Below, in pieces: positions 28,321 through 37,252 of a stretch of 64,000 nucleotides of DNA. The DNA comes from Hyphomicrobiales bacterium. Its GTDB lineage: Bacteria > Pseudomonadota > Alphaproteobacteria > Rhizobiales > JAJFHC01. The position numbers and the translations under genes are program-made. Every line of letters begins with the position of its first letter. Within the stretch, counting starts at the first letter, position 1. The notes under the pieces are model-generated. The model did no database searches. It was not told the origin of the DNA and was given only the letters and a program-made list of their open reading frames with translations. The stretch is from assembly GCA_965198845.1 (NCBI GenBank), contig CBDAQD010000001.1, positions 742,742 to 806,741 of the forward strand, read 5' to 3'.

Positions 28321-30807
28321 TCAGGCCCTTTCGACCTTGCAGGCGCACTTCTTGAAGTCGGTTTCCTTTGAGATCGGGCAGGTGGCATCAAGCGTGAGCT
28401 TGTTGACCAGCTGGCCTTCGTCGAAGAACGGGATGAAAACCATGCCCTTCGGCAGCTTGTTGCGGCCGCGCGTCTCGACACGGGTCACGACTTCGCCGCG
28501 CCGGGTGATGACCTTGACGGCCTCGCCGCGGTGGAAGCCGCGCTCGCTCGCGTCGTCCGGATGCATGAACAGAACGGCGTGCGGCACCGAGCGGTGCAGT
28601 TCCTGAACGCGACGTGTCATTGATCCGGAGTGCCAATGCTCGAGAACGCGTCCTGTGCTGAGCCAGAGGTTGTATTCCTCGTCCGGACTTTCGGCCGGCG
28701 GATCGTAGGGGCAGAAGATGATCCGGGCCTTCTTGTCGGGCCGGCCATAGAAGGACATCCGTTCGCCGGCCTTGACGTACGGGTCGTAGCCTTCCCGGAA
28801 ACGCCAGAGCGTTTCCTTGTTGCCGACTACCGGCCAGCGCAGGCCGCGCGTCTTGTGATAGAGATCGAACGGCGCCAGATCGTGGGCCTTGCCGCGCCCA
28901 AACTGGGCGTATTCCTCGAACAGGCCTTTCTGAATGTAATATCCGAAAGCCTGCGATTCCTCGTTGTCGAAGCCCTCCTGAATCTCGCTCAGCGGGTACT
29001 TGTCGACGGTGCCGTTGGCGTAGAGGATTTCGTACAGGGTCTTGCCGCGATAATCGGGTTTCTTGGCGATCAGATCTTCCGGCCAGACGTCCTCGACCTT
29101 GAACTGTTTGGAAAACTCGACTGTCTGCCACATGTCGGAACGGGCCTGGCCGTGGGGCCGGACCTGTTGACGCCAGAACTGCGTCCGCCGTTCGGCGTTG
29201 CCGTACGCCCCTTCCTTTTCCATCCACATGGCCGTTGGCAGGATGAGGTCGGCGGCCAGAGCCGTCACGGTCGGATAGGGATCGGAGACAACGATGAACG
29301 TCTCCGGATTGCGGTAACCGGGATAGCCCTCCTCGTTCATGTTGGGGGCGGTCTGCATGTTGTTGGTGCACTGGACCCAGTAGACCTTGAGCTTGCCGTC
29401 CTTGAGCATGCGGTTCTGGAGGACGGCGTGGTAACCGACCTTGCCGGGAATGGTGCCTTCAGGCAGTTGCCAGATCTTCTCGGTCAGATCGCGGTGCGGT
29501 TTCTTCATTACGACCAGATCGGCGGGAAGCCTGTGCGCGAAGGTTCCAACTTCGCGGGCCGTGCCGCAGGCCGAAGGCTGGCCGGTCAGGGAGAACGGAC
29601 CGTTGCCGGGTTCCGAGATCTTTCCGACCAGCAGGTGGACGTTATACATCAGGTTGTTCACCCACGTGCCGCGGGTGTGCTGGTTGAAGCCCATGGTCCA
29701 GTAGGACGTGACTTTCTTGTCCGGATCGGCGTAGAGCTCGGCCAGACGCTTGAGCTTGGCGGGTTCGACACCGGACAGCTCGGCGACATATTCGAGCGTG
29801 TAGGGCTCGACGGCCTTTGCGAATTCTTCGAAGCTGATCTTCTTGGCGGCACCGGCCTTCTTGGCGTTCTTCGCGTTCTTCTCGAGCGGATGGTCGGGAC
29901 GCAGTCCGTAGCCGATGTCGGTCACCGTGTGGTTGAAGGTGACGTGGTTGTCGACGAAGTCCTTGTTGACCTTGCCACTCTGGATGATGTGGTTGCAGAT
30001 GTAGTTGAGGATCGCCAGATCCGTCTGCGGCGTGAATACCATCGCGCTGTCGGCGAGCTCGAAGCAGCGGTTCTCGAACGTCGAGAGCACGTGCACCTCG
30101 CAGCCTTCATGCGTCAGCCTGCGGTCGGTCAGCCTGGACCACAGGATCGGGTGCATCTCTGCCATGTTGGCGCCCCAGAGGACGAATGCATCGGCATGTT
30201 CAAGGTCGTCGTAGCAGCCCATGGGCTCATCGATGCCGAATGTGCGGATGAACCCGCCCACGGCAGAAGCCATGCAGTGACGGGCATTCGGGTCGATGTT
30301 GTTGGAGCGGAAGCCGGCCTTCATCAATTTGGAAGCGGCATAGCCTTCCCACACCGTCCATTGCCCCGAACCGAACATGCCGACCGAGGTCGGTCCGTGC
30401 TCCTTGAGGGCTGCCTTCCACTTTTCACCCATGATGGCGAAGGCCTGATCCCAGGTGATCGGCGTGAATTCCCCGTTCTTGTCAAACTTGCCGTCTTTCA
30501 TGCGCAGCAGGGGTTGGGTGAGCCGGTCCTTGCCGTACATGATCTTGGCGAGAAAATAGCCCTTGATGCAGTTGAGGCCGCGGTTGACCGGCGCGTCGGG
30601 ATCACCCTGAGTGGCGACAACCTTGCCCCCCTTTACACCGACCAGGACGCCGCAGCCCGTGCCGCAAAAGCGGCAAACGCCCTTGTCCCACCTGATGTCG
30701 GACTTCTTCTGGGCCTCCGATGTGCCCGGTACGGCAACGCCCGCGGCGGCGGCAGTTGCTGCAACTGCGCTCGCTTTCATGATGTCGCGGCGTGAAAACT
30801 CGGTCAT
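28321..30807 (-). CDS. napA: Periplasmic nitrate reductase catalytic subunit NapA (Mo-bisMGD)
   Basis: 828 aa. Twin-arginine signal [19 protein letters not shown] and N-terminal 4Fe-4S motif CRFCGTGCG. Length is typical of NapA. Confidence 0.96.
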   Translation of the reverse strand: MTEFSRRDIMKASAVAATAAAAGVAVPGTSEAQKKSDIRWDKGVCRFCGTGCGVLVGVKGGKVVATQGDPDAPVNRGLNCIKGYFLAKIMYGKDRLTQPLLRMKDGKFDKNGEFTPITWDQAFAIMGEKWKAALKEHGPTSVGMFGSGQWTVWEGYAASKLMKAGFRSNNIDPNARHCMASAVGGFIRTFGIDEPMGCYDDLEHADAFVLWGANMAEMHPILWSRLTDRRLTHEGCEVHVLSTFENRCFELADSAMVFTPQTDLAILNYICNHIIQSGKVNKDFVDNHVTFNHTVTDIGYGLRPDHPLEKNAKNAKKAGAAKKISFEEFAKAVEPYTLEYVAELSGVEPAKLKRLAELYADPDKKVTSYWTMGFNQHTRGTWVNNLMYNVHLLVGKISEPGNGPFSLTGQPSACGTAREVGTFAHRLPADLVVMKKPHRDLTEKIWQLPEGTIPGKVGYHAVLQNRMLKDGKLKVYWVQCTNNMQTAPNMNEEGYPGYRNPETFIVVSDPYPTVTALAADLILPTAMWMEKEGAYGNAERRTQFWRQQVRPHGQARSDMWQTVEFSKQFKVEDVWPEDLIAKKPDYRGKTLYEILYANGTVDKYPLSEIQEGFDNEESQAFGYYIQKGLFEEYAQFGRGKAHDLAPFDLYHKTRGLRWPVVGNKETLWRFREGYDPYVKAGERMSFYGRPDKKARIIFCPYDPPAESPDEEYNLWLSTGRVLEHWHSGSMTRRVQELHRSVPHAVLFMHPDDASERGFHRGEAVKVITRRGEVVTRVETRGRNKLPKGMVFIPFFDEGQLVNKLTLDATCPISKETDFKKCACKVERA

Positions 30808-30831
30808 GTCATATCCTCCCGAATTTCGGTT

Positions 30832-31074
30832 CTAGGCGGCCTCGGCCGGCTCCATTTCGTGATAGACGAGCGCGACGGAGCTGATGCCGTCGAGCTGGCT
30901 GATGATCGATACTGTGTCGATGGCAAGGGAATCGTCGGTGTCCTCGACGGTCACGATCAGTCGACCGGGGCCGGCGTCGCCATGCACCTCGACACCCTCA
31001 AGTGCGGCGAGTTCAGACCGTATCTGGTCAGTGTTGTCGGGCAGCATGTGGATGAGAAGACCGCAGACATTCAT
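30832..31074 (-). CDS. napD: NapA chaperone NapD
   Basis: 80 aa (MNVCGLLIHMLPDNTDQIRSELAALEGVEVH...). The start overlaps the napF stop (ATGA). Position between napF and napA supports the call. Confidence 0.85.
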   Translation of the reverse strand: MNVCGLLIHMLPDNTDQIRSELAALEGVEVHGDAGPGRLIVTVEDTDDSLAIDTVSIISQLDGISSVALVYHEMEPAEAA

Positions 31075-31583
31075 GGGACAAGCTCCTGTTGTTCCAGGTT
31101 CTGTAGGGTCACTGCACCGACAGGGCACGGCACCACGCAGGCGCCGCAGCCGGTACAGAGTTCGGTGTTGATGGAGAGATTCGCTCTGCCGCCCGTCATG
31201 GGACGGGCCCGGATGGCATCGCTCATACAGACGTCCTGGCACATGCGGCAGCTGACGCCCTTGCGTTCGACGCAGGCCTCTGAAATTTCGGCTTGAACGT
31301 GCCATGGTGCGGCGGCGCGATCGGACAGGAAGCAGTCATCCCGACAGGCTTCGCGGCACTGGCCGCAGAACGTGCACTCACCTTGCGAGAAATCGACGTA
31401 GGGCAGACCGCCACGCCCGCGTTTCAGGATGCCGGTCGGGCAGGCCCGAATGCAGCCATCGCACCCGGTGCAGAGGTCCTCGAAACGGTCCAGGGGCAGG
31501 GTCCACGGAGGCCTTATGGGTTCGCTCGAACCTGCTACCGCCGCAAACAGTCCCCGCCGCGAATATCGCCTTGATGCAGTCAT
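31071..31583 (-). CDS. napF: Ferredoxin-type protein NapF
   Basis: About 170 aa from the ATG preceded by AGGAGG. RR-containing N-terminus and several CxxCxxCxxxCP clusters (CTGCDGCIRACP, CTFCGQCREAC, CRMCQDVC, CTGCGACVVPCP). Confidence 0.88.
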   Translation of the reverse strand: MTASRRYSRRGLFAAVAGSSEPIRPPWTLPLDRFEDLCTGCDGCIRACPTGILKRGRGGLPYVDFSQGECTFCGQCREACRDDCFLSDRAAAPWHVQAEISEACVERKGVSCRMCQDVCMSDAIRARPMTGGRANLSINTELCTGCGACVVPCPVGAVTLQNLEQQELVP

Positions 31584-31632
31584 TTCCCCTCCTGCTGAAC
31601 GGGACGCTAATGAATTCATAAGGGTGTGAAAT

Positions 31633-31646
31633 TGACTTCGGTCAAT
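31633..31646. promoter_or_regulatory. FNR/FixK-type box TTGAC-TTCG-GTCAA upstream of napF
   Basis: TTGA-N6-TCAA palindrome centred about 56 bp upstream of the napF ATG. Confidence 0.65.
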
Positions 31647-31694
31647 CGGCTACAGAATTGACGCTGATCGAGCGGAAACTGGCGTGAAATGAGG

Positions 31695-33218
31695 CTAATT
31701 CGCCCCTTCACGATCGAGGATCGCAACGGTGTCGCGATAGAACTGCTCGGCTTCCTCATGACTGCCGCCAACGCAGACGGTGCCGAGCTTGCCGAACTCC
31801 GACAGGGCGCCGATCAGATGGAAGACCACGCCGCGCTGGGTGGCGCCATGGAAATGGATGCCGTGCCTGACCGCTATGTCGATCAGGTCGACCGGTGTCA
31901 GCCCGCGATAGCTGCCGGATTCCAGATTATCGGATGCGTAATAGAACCGTTCGCGGCCGTCGGGCGTGGTGAAGATGCCCGTGTGCGGATCGTAGTCTCC
32001 GTCGGTCAGGAACTGCAGCATAATGAAGGGGTGGGTGGTGCCGCCCTTGCGCAGGTTGATCTCGATCGCGTAGTGGCGCCACGTGCCGGCTTCGCGGACC
32101 GAAATGAAATCCACCCCGAAGCGGCCAAGGACGCCCCGGTCGCGCAGCAGCTCCGCGGCTTTCATGCCCTCTGACTGGATTTCGAGGCGATAGTCCCGGT
32201 CTGCAGGAAACCTGCACCCCAGAAAAACCTGGCCCGCATTGCCGCCGAGAACCTGATCATGGGTCGAGATGGCCGACAGATCGCCGGAAGGATCTGCGCG
32301 GAACTGGGCGGACGGCGAGCGCTTGTCGTCTCCTTCGACAAAAGCCTCGACGATGCCGCCCATCTCCAGCACTTTTTCGCGGTACAGATCCCACGTCATG
32401 CTCGCAGCCTCGAACGCAAGTTCGGGAATACGTTCGCGAACCCAGCGCTTGAGGCCGCTGCCGGACGGCGCGTCCGCATAGGAAAACACGGCATTTCCCT
32501 CGCCCGAAAAGCCCTCGTTGAGTTTGACCACCGCCTTGCGCAGGCCTGGGTTTCGAAGCTTGAGATCGGCCAGTGCATCCGAGACGTCGTGTTCGTCCCG
32601 CAGATCTTCAAATCCGTCCGGCATCAGGACGCCGGCTTTGCGAAACAGCGCCCGGCCACCGCTTTTCGATCCGAACGCGAGAAGGTCCGGATCGCAGCCG
32701 TAGATCGGAATACCGAGTTGGACCGCGAGAGTCCGCTCGAGAGCGGACACGTTGAAGCAGACCATGTGGGCGAGCGCCCGGTCGCCCAGTGCGTCCGCGA
32801 TACGCCCGAGCAGGCGAGGGCGGTCGAGGATCTTTTGCGTGAGGGGACGGGACGACGCGTCGTGGCAGGACAGCAGTGTCAAGCGGTCGCGCGCATGTTG
32901 ATGCGGAATGCCCGGCAGCAGATGCAGGAAATAGTCGATGATTGCTTCGGATATGTGCTCACTCGTGACATAGATCACCCGCGTGCGCGGCATCCTCAGG
33001 AGAAGCAGCAGACACAGCATCCGCTCTTCATAATGGTGGGCGCCGGCGATCTTCGAGAGCACATCGGCGTCCAGGGTGAGACTCGGAACGATCAGGACCG
33101 TACGAGGATGCAGGCGGTCCGGAAAGACCGTCTTGAACATTTCCGGCAATTTGGCCTGGAGCCGGTGGAATGCCTCGCGCTCCTGCTGCAGGTCCGGGCC
33201 GTTTGCCGTCGACTGCAT
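31695..33218 (-). CDS. ATP-grasp superfamily carboxylate-amine/peptide ligase-like protein (PGM1-related)
   Basis: 507 aa. ATP-grasp blocks AVVKLNEGFSGEGNAVF, GGIVEAFVEG and FGVDFISV...YAIEINLRKGGTTHPF. The overall pattern recalls PGM1-type peptide ligases (from memory, not searched). Confidence 0.6.
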   Translation of the reverse strand: MQSTANGPDLQQEREAFHRLQAKLPEMFKTVFPDRLHPRTVLIVPSLTLDADVLSKIAGAHHYEERMLCLLLLLRMPRTRVIYVTSEHISEAIIDYFLHLLPGIPHQHARDRLTLLSCHDASSRPLTQKILDRPRLLGRIADALGDRALAHMVCFNVSALERTLAVQLGIPIYGCDPDLLAFGSKSGGRALFRKAGVLMPDGFEDLRDEHDVSDALADLKLRNPGLRKAVVKLNEGFSGEGNAVFSYADAPSGSGLKRWVRERIPELAFEAASMTWDLYREKVLEMGGIVEAFVEGDDKRSPSAQFRADPSGDLSAISTHDQVLGGNAGQVFLGCRFPADRDYRLEIQSEGMKAAELLRDRGVLGRFGVDFISVREAGTWRHYAIEINLRKGGTTHPFIMLQFLTDGDYDPHTGIFTTPDGRERFYYASDNLESGSYRGLTPVDLIDIAVRHGIHFHGATQRGVVFHLIGALSEFGKLGTVCVGGSHEEAEQFYRDTVAILDREGAN

Positions 33219-33248
33219 GATACGGTTCGGACGGTCCGGGACAGCCGT

Positions 33249-33551
33249 TCAGACTGCCGCAGAGACTCCCGGTTCTTTGCCCCCGGCCAGAAGCTTTTCG
33301 AAGTACTCCGAATTGGGACAGAAATCCGGCGGCAGCGGCAGGGCTTCCGACGCGTCGAGCCAGTTCCTGCAGGTTTCGACCTCAGGGCATGACGTGCAAT
33401 TGTCGCGTGCGTCGATAAAGGTCTTCTTGTTTTCGAGTACGGCTGCTGATGCCGGATCGATATTGAGCTGTTCCATCATCTCGTCGATCAGCATGGCATT
33501 GCGGAAAATCTGATCGAACCAGGACCGGTGTGTCGGGTGAATAGCCATCAA
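33249..33551 (-). CDS. Small Cys-containing protein (DUF6455-like)
   Basis: 100 aa. CTSCPEVETCRNWL...PPDFCPNSEYF matches my recollection of the DUF6455 pattern C-x2-C-x5-C-x2-WL...C-x-N. GGGAGG SD. Lies 30 nt upstream of the ATP-grasp gene. Confidence 0.5.
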   Translation of the reverse strand: MMAIHPTHRSWFDQIFRNAMLIDEMMEQLNIDPASAAVLENKKTFIDARDNCTSCPEVETCRNWLDASEALPLPPDFCPNSEYFEKLLAGGKEPGVSAAV

Positions 33552-33624
33552 ACGCCTCCCATCGATGACGGATACTTGGATCAGAGAATGATAGGGGGTC
33601 GGCGGTTCGGGTCGTTGACCTGGA

Positions 33625-34572
33625 TCAAAAGTCCTGCTGCTGGAGTATCAGTGCAACAGTGAGGGCGATCACCGAAACGACGATGAGAAGCGGAATTGCA
33701 AGCAGCCCGAAATTGGTCCGGGGCGGTTCAATTGCGAGGCCCAGCCGTTGTGCCGTTGTCTGGAGCGCGGCCTGCAACCGTTCACGATATCTGTTCGACA
33801 GGGTCGCATTGACCGTCCCCTTGAGCCAGTGGCGGTCGAACTGCTGCAGCGCGCCTGTCCAGTTCTCGTCGAAATGAACCAGCCCCGCAAGATCGCCGGC
33901 TTTGTTCTTGCTCTCAAAACCGCGGGGCAGGTCGGGCATCCTGATGTTCAGGCCGGATGAGGCGGCGGTGGCTGCGAAATGCTCGTAGGCCGGCCTGTCA
34001 TTCGGCACGAGCAGGACGAGGCGATAGGGATGGAGCAGCTGGATACATTGCCCCAATTCCCAGTGCAGGCCCTCGGTTGCGCCGATGCGCAGGAATACCA
34101 GTGACGCCCGGTTGAGCAGGTCCGTCACCGACTGTTGCCAGTTGTCATGATCGAGGTAAAAGCGCGAGGCGGCAAACACGCGCGGAACCGGATCGCCGGG
34201 ACGTCCGATCGCGACAAACGGACCGCTGTCGCTCACAACAGACTGCAGCGCCTGTTCGGCCACTTCGCCGGAATCATCGTCAGTGAAGGACCGCAGGTAG
34301 ATGATCGGCGGCCGGCTGTCGTTGGCAAGCGCCTCCTCGCCCGACATGGAGGTCGCGTTCAGATACATCGGAAAGACGATGACGAGAGCGAGAAAGGTGA
34401 GGGCGGGCAGCCAGTTGGCGATGGTGGCAAAATCGCCGGCGGCTTCCTGCGCCAGAAGCACGAAGGCAAATGTCAGCACGGTCAGGATACCGCAGATGAC
34501 ACCCAGCACCCTGCGTTTCGTCCTGCCCGCGAATTGCGGGCTCTGAGTTTCGGGCGTCGGGGTCCCAGCCAT
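33625..34572 (-). CDS. Hypothetical membrane protein (2 N-terminal TM, about 200-aa soluble domain, C-terminal TM)
   Basis: 315 aa. TM segments VLGVICGILTVLTFAFVLLA, LPALTFLALVIVFPMYL and FGLLAIPLLIVVSVIALTVALIL. The central alpha/beta-like domain begins PPIIYLRSFTDDD...GPFVAIGRPGD...ASLVFLRIGATEGLHWELGQ. GGGGGA SD. Confidence 0.6.
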   Translation of the reverse strand: MAGTPTPETQSPQFAGRTKRRVLGVICGILTVLTFAFVLLAQEAAGDFATIANWLPALTFLALVIVFPMYLNATSMSGEEALANDSRPPIIYLRSFTDDDSGEVAEQALQSVVSDSGPFVAIGRPGDPVPRVFAASRFYLDHDNWQQSVTDLLNRASLVFLRIGATEGLHWELGQCIQLLHPYRLVLLVPNDRPAYEHFAATAASSGLNIRMPDLPRGFESKNKAGDLAGLVHFDENWTGALQQFDRHWLKGTVNATLSNRYRERLQAALQTTAQRLGLAIEPPRTNFGLLAIPLLIVVSVIALTVALILQQQDF

Positions 34573-34596
34573 ACAAATCCCCCAGCCGGCAACGGT

Positions 34597-35388
34597 TCAG
34601 AGTGAGAATAGCCTCCCGAATTCCGGGCGCTTGTCGTCGACGCCTGCGAGCCTCAGGCAGTGCCAGGCCATGGCGTGGTTCGACGAGGTGACGGGAATGC
34701 CGATCTCGTCCTCGATGGCCCTGGCACACTCGGCGAGCCTCAGACTGGTGCAGGACACGAAGACCGCATCGATTTCGGCGAGCCCTGCAATTTCCTTGGA
34801 TGCGCTGATCAGCGAGTCTGGCGTGATGCGTGCCACCGTCGGGTCCCATTCCTCGTTGAACGAGCCCATGACGGCAACGTCGTAGCCTTTGCCCTCGATG
34901 TAGCTGCGCACCACCTGATTGACGTCATCGCGGTAGGGCGTGAGCACCGCAATCCGCTTCGCTTCGAATGCATCGAACGCAGCGAAGGCCGCCGTGATCG
35001 GGGTGGTGCAGGCGACACCCGGACGTACGGACCGGATCTGTTCAAACACGCCCTCTTCCCCGATCACCATCGAGGCGGAAGTGCAGCCGAAGGCCATGAC
35101 ATCGAGATCGGTCGACGGCAGGATAACCTCTGTGCAGGCCGGTATGCGCGCTTCCATTGCCGCGAGGGTCTCCGGCGTGACCTGCGCGTCCATGGCAATT
35201 CGGCTGTGGTAGAATGCCACGCCCGGCATATCCATAAGCACGCGGAACTCGTGCTCGATCGTGTAATCGCTGGCCAGAACGATGACGCCGATCGACGCGC
35301 GGCTGGCAATGCCGCCATCGGTGTCGAACGGCAGATGGTAACGGGTGATAGGACCGGCTTCGGTAGTCTCGAGTGCGGTATCGCTCAT
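34597..35388 (-). CDS. Asp/Glu racemase superfamily protein (maleate isomerase / arylmalonate decarboxylase / EutA-like)
   Basis: 263 aa with two catalytic-type Cys motifs, AFGCTSAS and FVSCTSLR. Confidence 0.78.
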   Translation of the reverse strand: MSDTALETTEAGPITRYHLPFDTDGGIASRASIGVIVLASDYTIEHEFRVLMDMPGVAFYHSRIAMDAQVTPETLAAMEARIPACTEVILPSTDLDVMAFGCTSASMVIGEEGVFEQIRSVRPGVACTTPITAAFAAFDAFEAKRIAVLTPYRDDVNQVVRSYIEGKGYDVAVMGSFNEEWDPTVARITPDSLISASKEIAGLAEIDAVFVSCTSLRLAECARAIEDEIGIPVTSSNHAMAWHCLRLAGVDDKRPEFGRLFSL

Positions 35389-35410
35389 GCCGTCCTCCCT
35401 CTTGGTTCCG

Positions 35411-36667
35411 TCAGGCTGCCAGCAGCATGCCCGTCAGGTCGATCTCCGGCGTCTTGTCCGCCATCAAATCCGCGACGATGCGCGCCGACCCGCAGGACAT
35501 GGTCCAGCCCATATGCCCCTGGCCCGTATTGAACCACAGATTGCGATATTTTGCCCGGCCATAGATGGGGGTGCCCTCGGGCGTCATCGGACGCAGACCC
35601 GCCCAATACGTGGGTGACGAAAAATCGCCGCCGTTCGGGAACAGGGCTTCCGCCACCTTCAGCATGTAGCTGAAGTCGGAAGGCTTGTGGGACGTGTCGT
35701 AACCGGCAAACTCCGCCGTCGCCGTGATGCGCAGCCGATCGCCCATCGGGCAGTAGGCGACGAGGTTATCCTCGTCGACACCGCCAATGGCGGGCGGATT
35801 ATTGCGCCCGGCGACAGGGACCGTCACCGAATAGCCCTTGACCGGGTAGATCGGCAGTTCGACACCCAACTGACGCGCCAGATGCGGGCTGTAGACGCCC
35901 AGCGACAGCACGATGGCATCGGCGGTTTCCTCGCCTTGGTCCGTGACAACGGCGGTGACCTGGTCGCCGTCCGTTTTAAATCCGGTCACAGTTGTCTCGA
36001 ATTTGAATGTCGCACCCATCTCCTCGCATTTCCTCGCGAGTTGTTGCGTGAACAATCGGGCATCGCCGCTCTCGTCATCGGGGGCGTAAAGCGAGCCCGC
36101 GATCTGGTCCTTGACCGGCTCCAGGGCCGGATCGATGCGCGCCGCACCGTCCGCGTCAAGGATCTCAAGGTTGATGCCGTTGTCGGTGAGGAGGCCGGAG
36201 CGGCCGGCACCACGGTCGAACGACTCCCGGGAACGATAGAAGTAGAGCAGCCCGCCGTCGCGCCCGTCATACTCGACGTTCGTCTCGCCAACGACCGTCT
36301 GAAGCCGGGACTGCGAATAAAGGCACAGGCCGACCTTGTGGATCGTGTTGGCGGCCGCCCGTTCTGCCGTGCACTGGCCCCAGAACTTCCACATCCAGCG
36401 CCAGAGCGCCGGATCGAGATTGGGCCGGAACCTGAGGGCCTGATCGTTGCGCCACAGCGAACGCAGCAGGATTCCCGGGGCGGCAGGCGATGACCACGCG
36501 TAGGCGTGGCCTGGCGCCACAAGTCCCGCATTGGCGTGACTGGTGAACATGGCCGGTGCGTCGAGTTTCTCGAGCACGGTCACCTCCCAGCCATCGCGCA
36601 GGAGCTCGTAGGCGGTCGTTACGCCGATGATGCCGCCACCGAGAACCAGTGCCTTCATTGGATTCAC
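35411..36667 (-). CDS. FAD-dependent oxidoreductase (D-amino acid dehydrogenase DadA-like)
   Basis: 418 aa. Dinucleotide fold KALVLGGGIIGVTTAYEL. GTG start 3 nt after the RidA stop; an alternative ATG lies at 36658. Confidence 0.8.
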   Translation of the reverse strand: MNPMKALVLGGGIIGVTTAYELLRDGWEVTVLEKLDAPAMFTSHANAGLVAPGHAYAWSSPAAPGILLRSLWRNDQALRFRPNLDPALWRWMWKFWGQCTAERAAANTIHKVGLCLYSQSRLQTVVGETNVEYDGRDGGLLYFYRSRESFDRGAGRSGLLTDNGINLEILDADGAARIDPALEPVKDQIAGSLYAPDDESGDARLFTQQLARKCEEMGATFKFETTVTGFKTDGDQVTAVVTDQGEETADAIVLSLGVYSPHLARQLGVELPIYPVKGYSVTVPVAGRNNPPAIGGVDEDNLVAYCPMGDRLRITATAEFAGYDTSHKPSDFSYMLKVAEALFPNGGDFSSPTYWAGLRPMTPEGTPIYGRAKYRNLWFNTGQGHMGWTMSCGSARIVADLMADKTPEIDLTGMLLAA

Positions 36668-36670
36668 GCT

Positions 36671-37021
36671 CTAGATCGCGGCGATGACGCCGATCTCGAC
36701 AGTGAACTGCGGGGCTGCGAGGCGCGACTCAACGCATGCGCGGGCAGGCGTGTTGCCGGGTGACACCCAGGCGTCCCAGATCGCGTTCATTTCGGCGAAG
36801 TCGTCCATGCTGGTCAGCCAGATCGTTGCCGAGAGCAGCTTCGACTTGTCGCTTCCCGCTTCCGCGAGCAGTTCGTCGATACGCGCCAGAATGTCCTTGG
36901 TCTGGTCGGTCACCGATGCACCGGGTGCGCGTTGTGCCACCTGGCCCGCGGTATAGACCGTGTCACCATGCACCACGGCCTGGCTCATGCGGTCTCCGAT
37001 ATCGATTCTCCTGATTGTCAT
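36671..37021 (-). CDS. RidA family (reactive enamine/imine deaminase-like) protein
   Basis: 116 aa with the YjgF-fold pattern (VYTAGQVA...ARACVESRLAAPQFTVEIGVIA). GGGAGG SD. Confidence 0.85.
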   Translation of the reverse strand: MTIRRIDIGDRMSQAVVHGDTVYTAGQVAQRAPGASVTDQTKDILARIDELLAEAGSDKSKLLSATIWLTSMDDFAEMNAIWDAWVSPGNTPARACVESRLAAPQFTVEIGVIAAI

Positions 37022-37252
37022 GGCTTTCCGCCTCCCTGATGTTCTGCGAGCGGCGAGTATAGGCGTATTCCAGTCGTTCGATGCATTGAAAAAATTGAAG
37101 TGTCGGCGAATTCGGGACCGGGAGTCCGGACCGCCCGCCCAAGGTTAGGCGCCGGTATCACGCGTTTGTTAATCAGAACGTTCCTTGTAAAAGAACGAAA
37201 TGTTCGTTATATCAAACAATCACAAATAGTGGTTCCAGCAGGTGGCAGAGTC

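Noticed and set aside
26649-28606. 320-aa and 392-aa plus-strand ORFs
   Set aside because: They are antisense to napH, napG and the napA 3' end. No motifs; shadow ORFs.
28630-30795. 721-aa plus-strand ORF
   Set aside because: It is entirely antisense to napA, whose product has unmistakable motifs. The composition (R/G/A/V/D-rich, no motifs) is typical of shadow ORFs in high-GC DNA.
31659-31672. Second FNR-like site TTGAC-GCTG-ATCGA upstream of napF
   Set aside because: Only one half-site matches (TCGA instead of TCAA). It is kept as a note in the nap finding but not called as a feature.
37176-37208. Possible alphaproteobacterial LexA (SOS) box because of the GAAC/GTTC repeats
   Set aside because: The known direct-repeat geometry GAAC-N7-GAAC is not met. 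The GAAC copies are 13 nt apart and the GTTC copies 18 nt apart.
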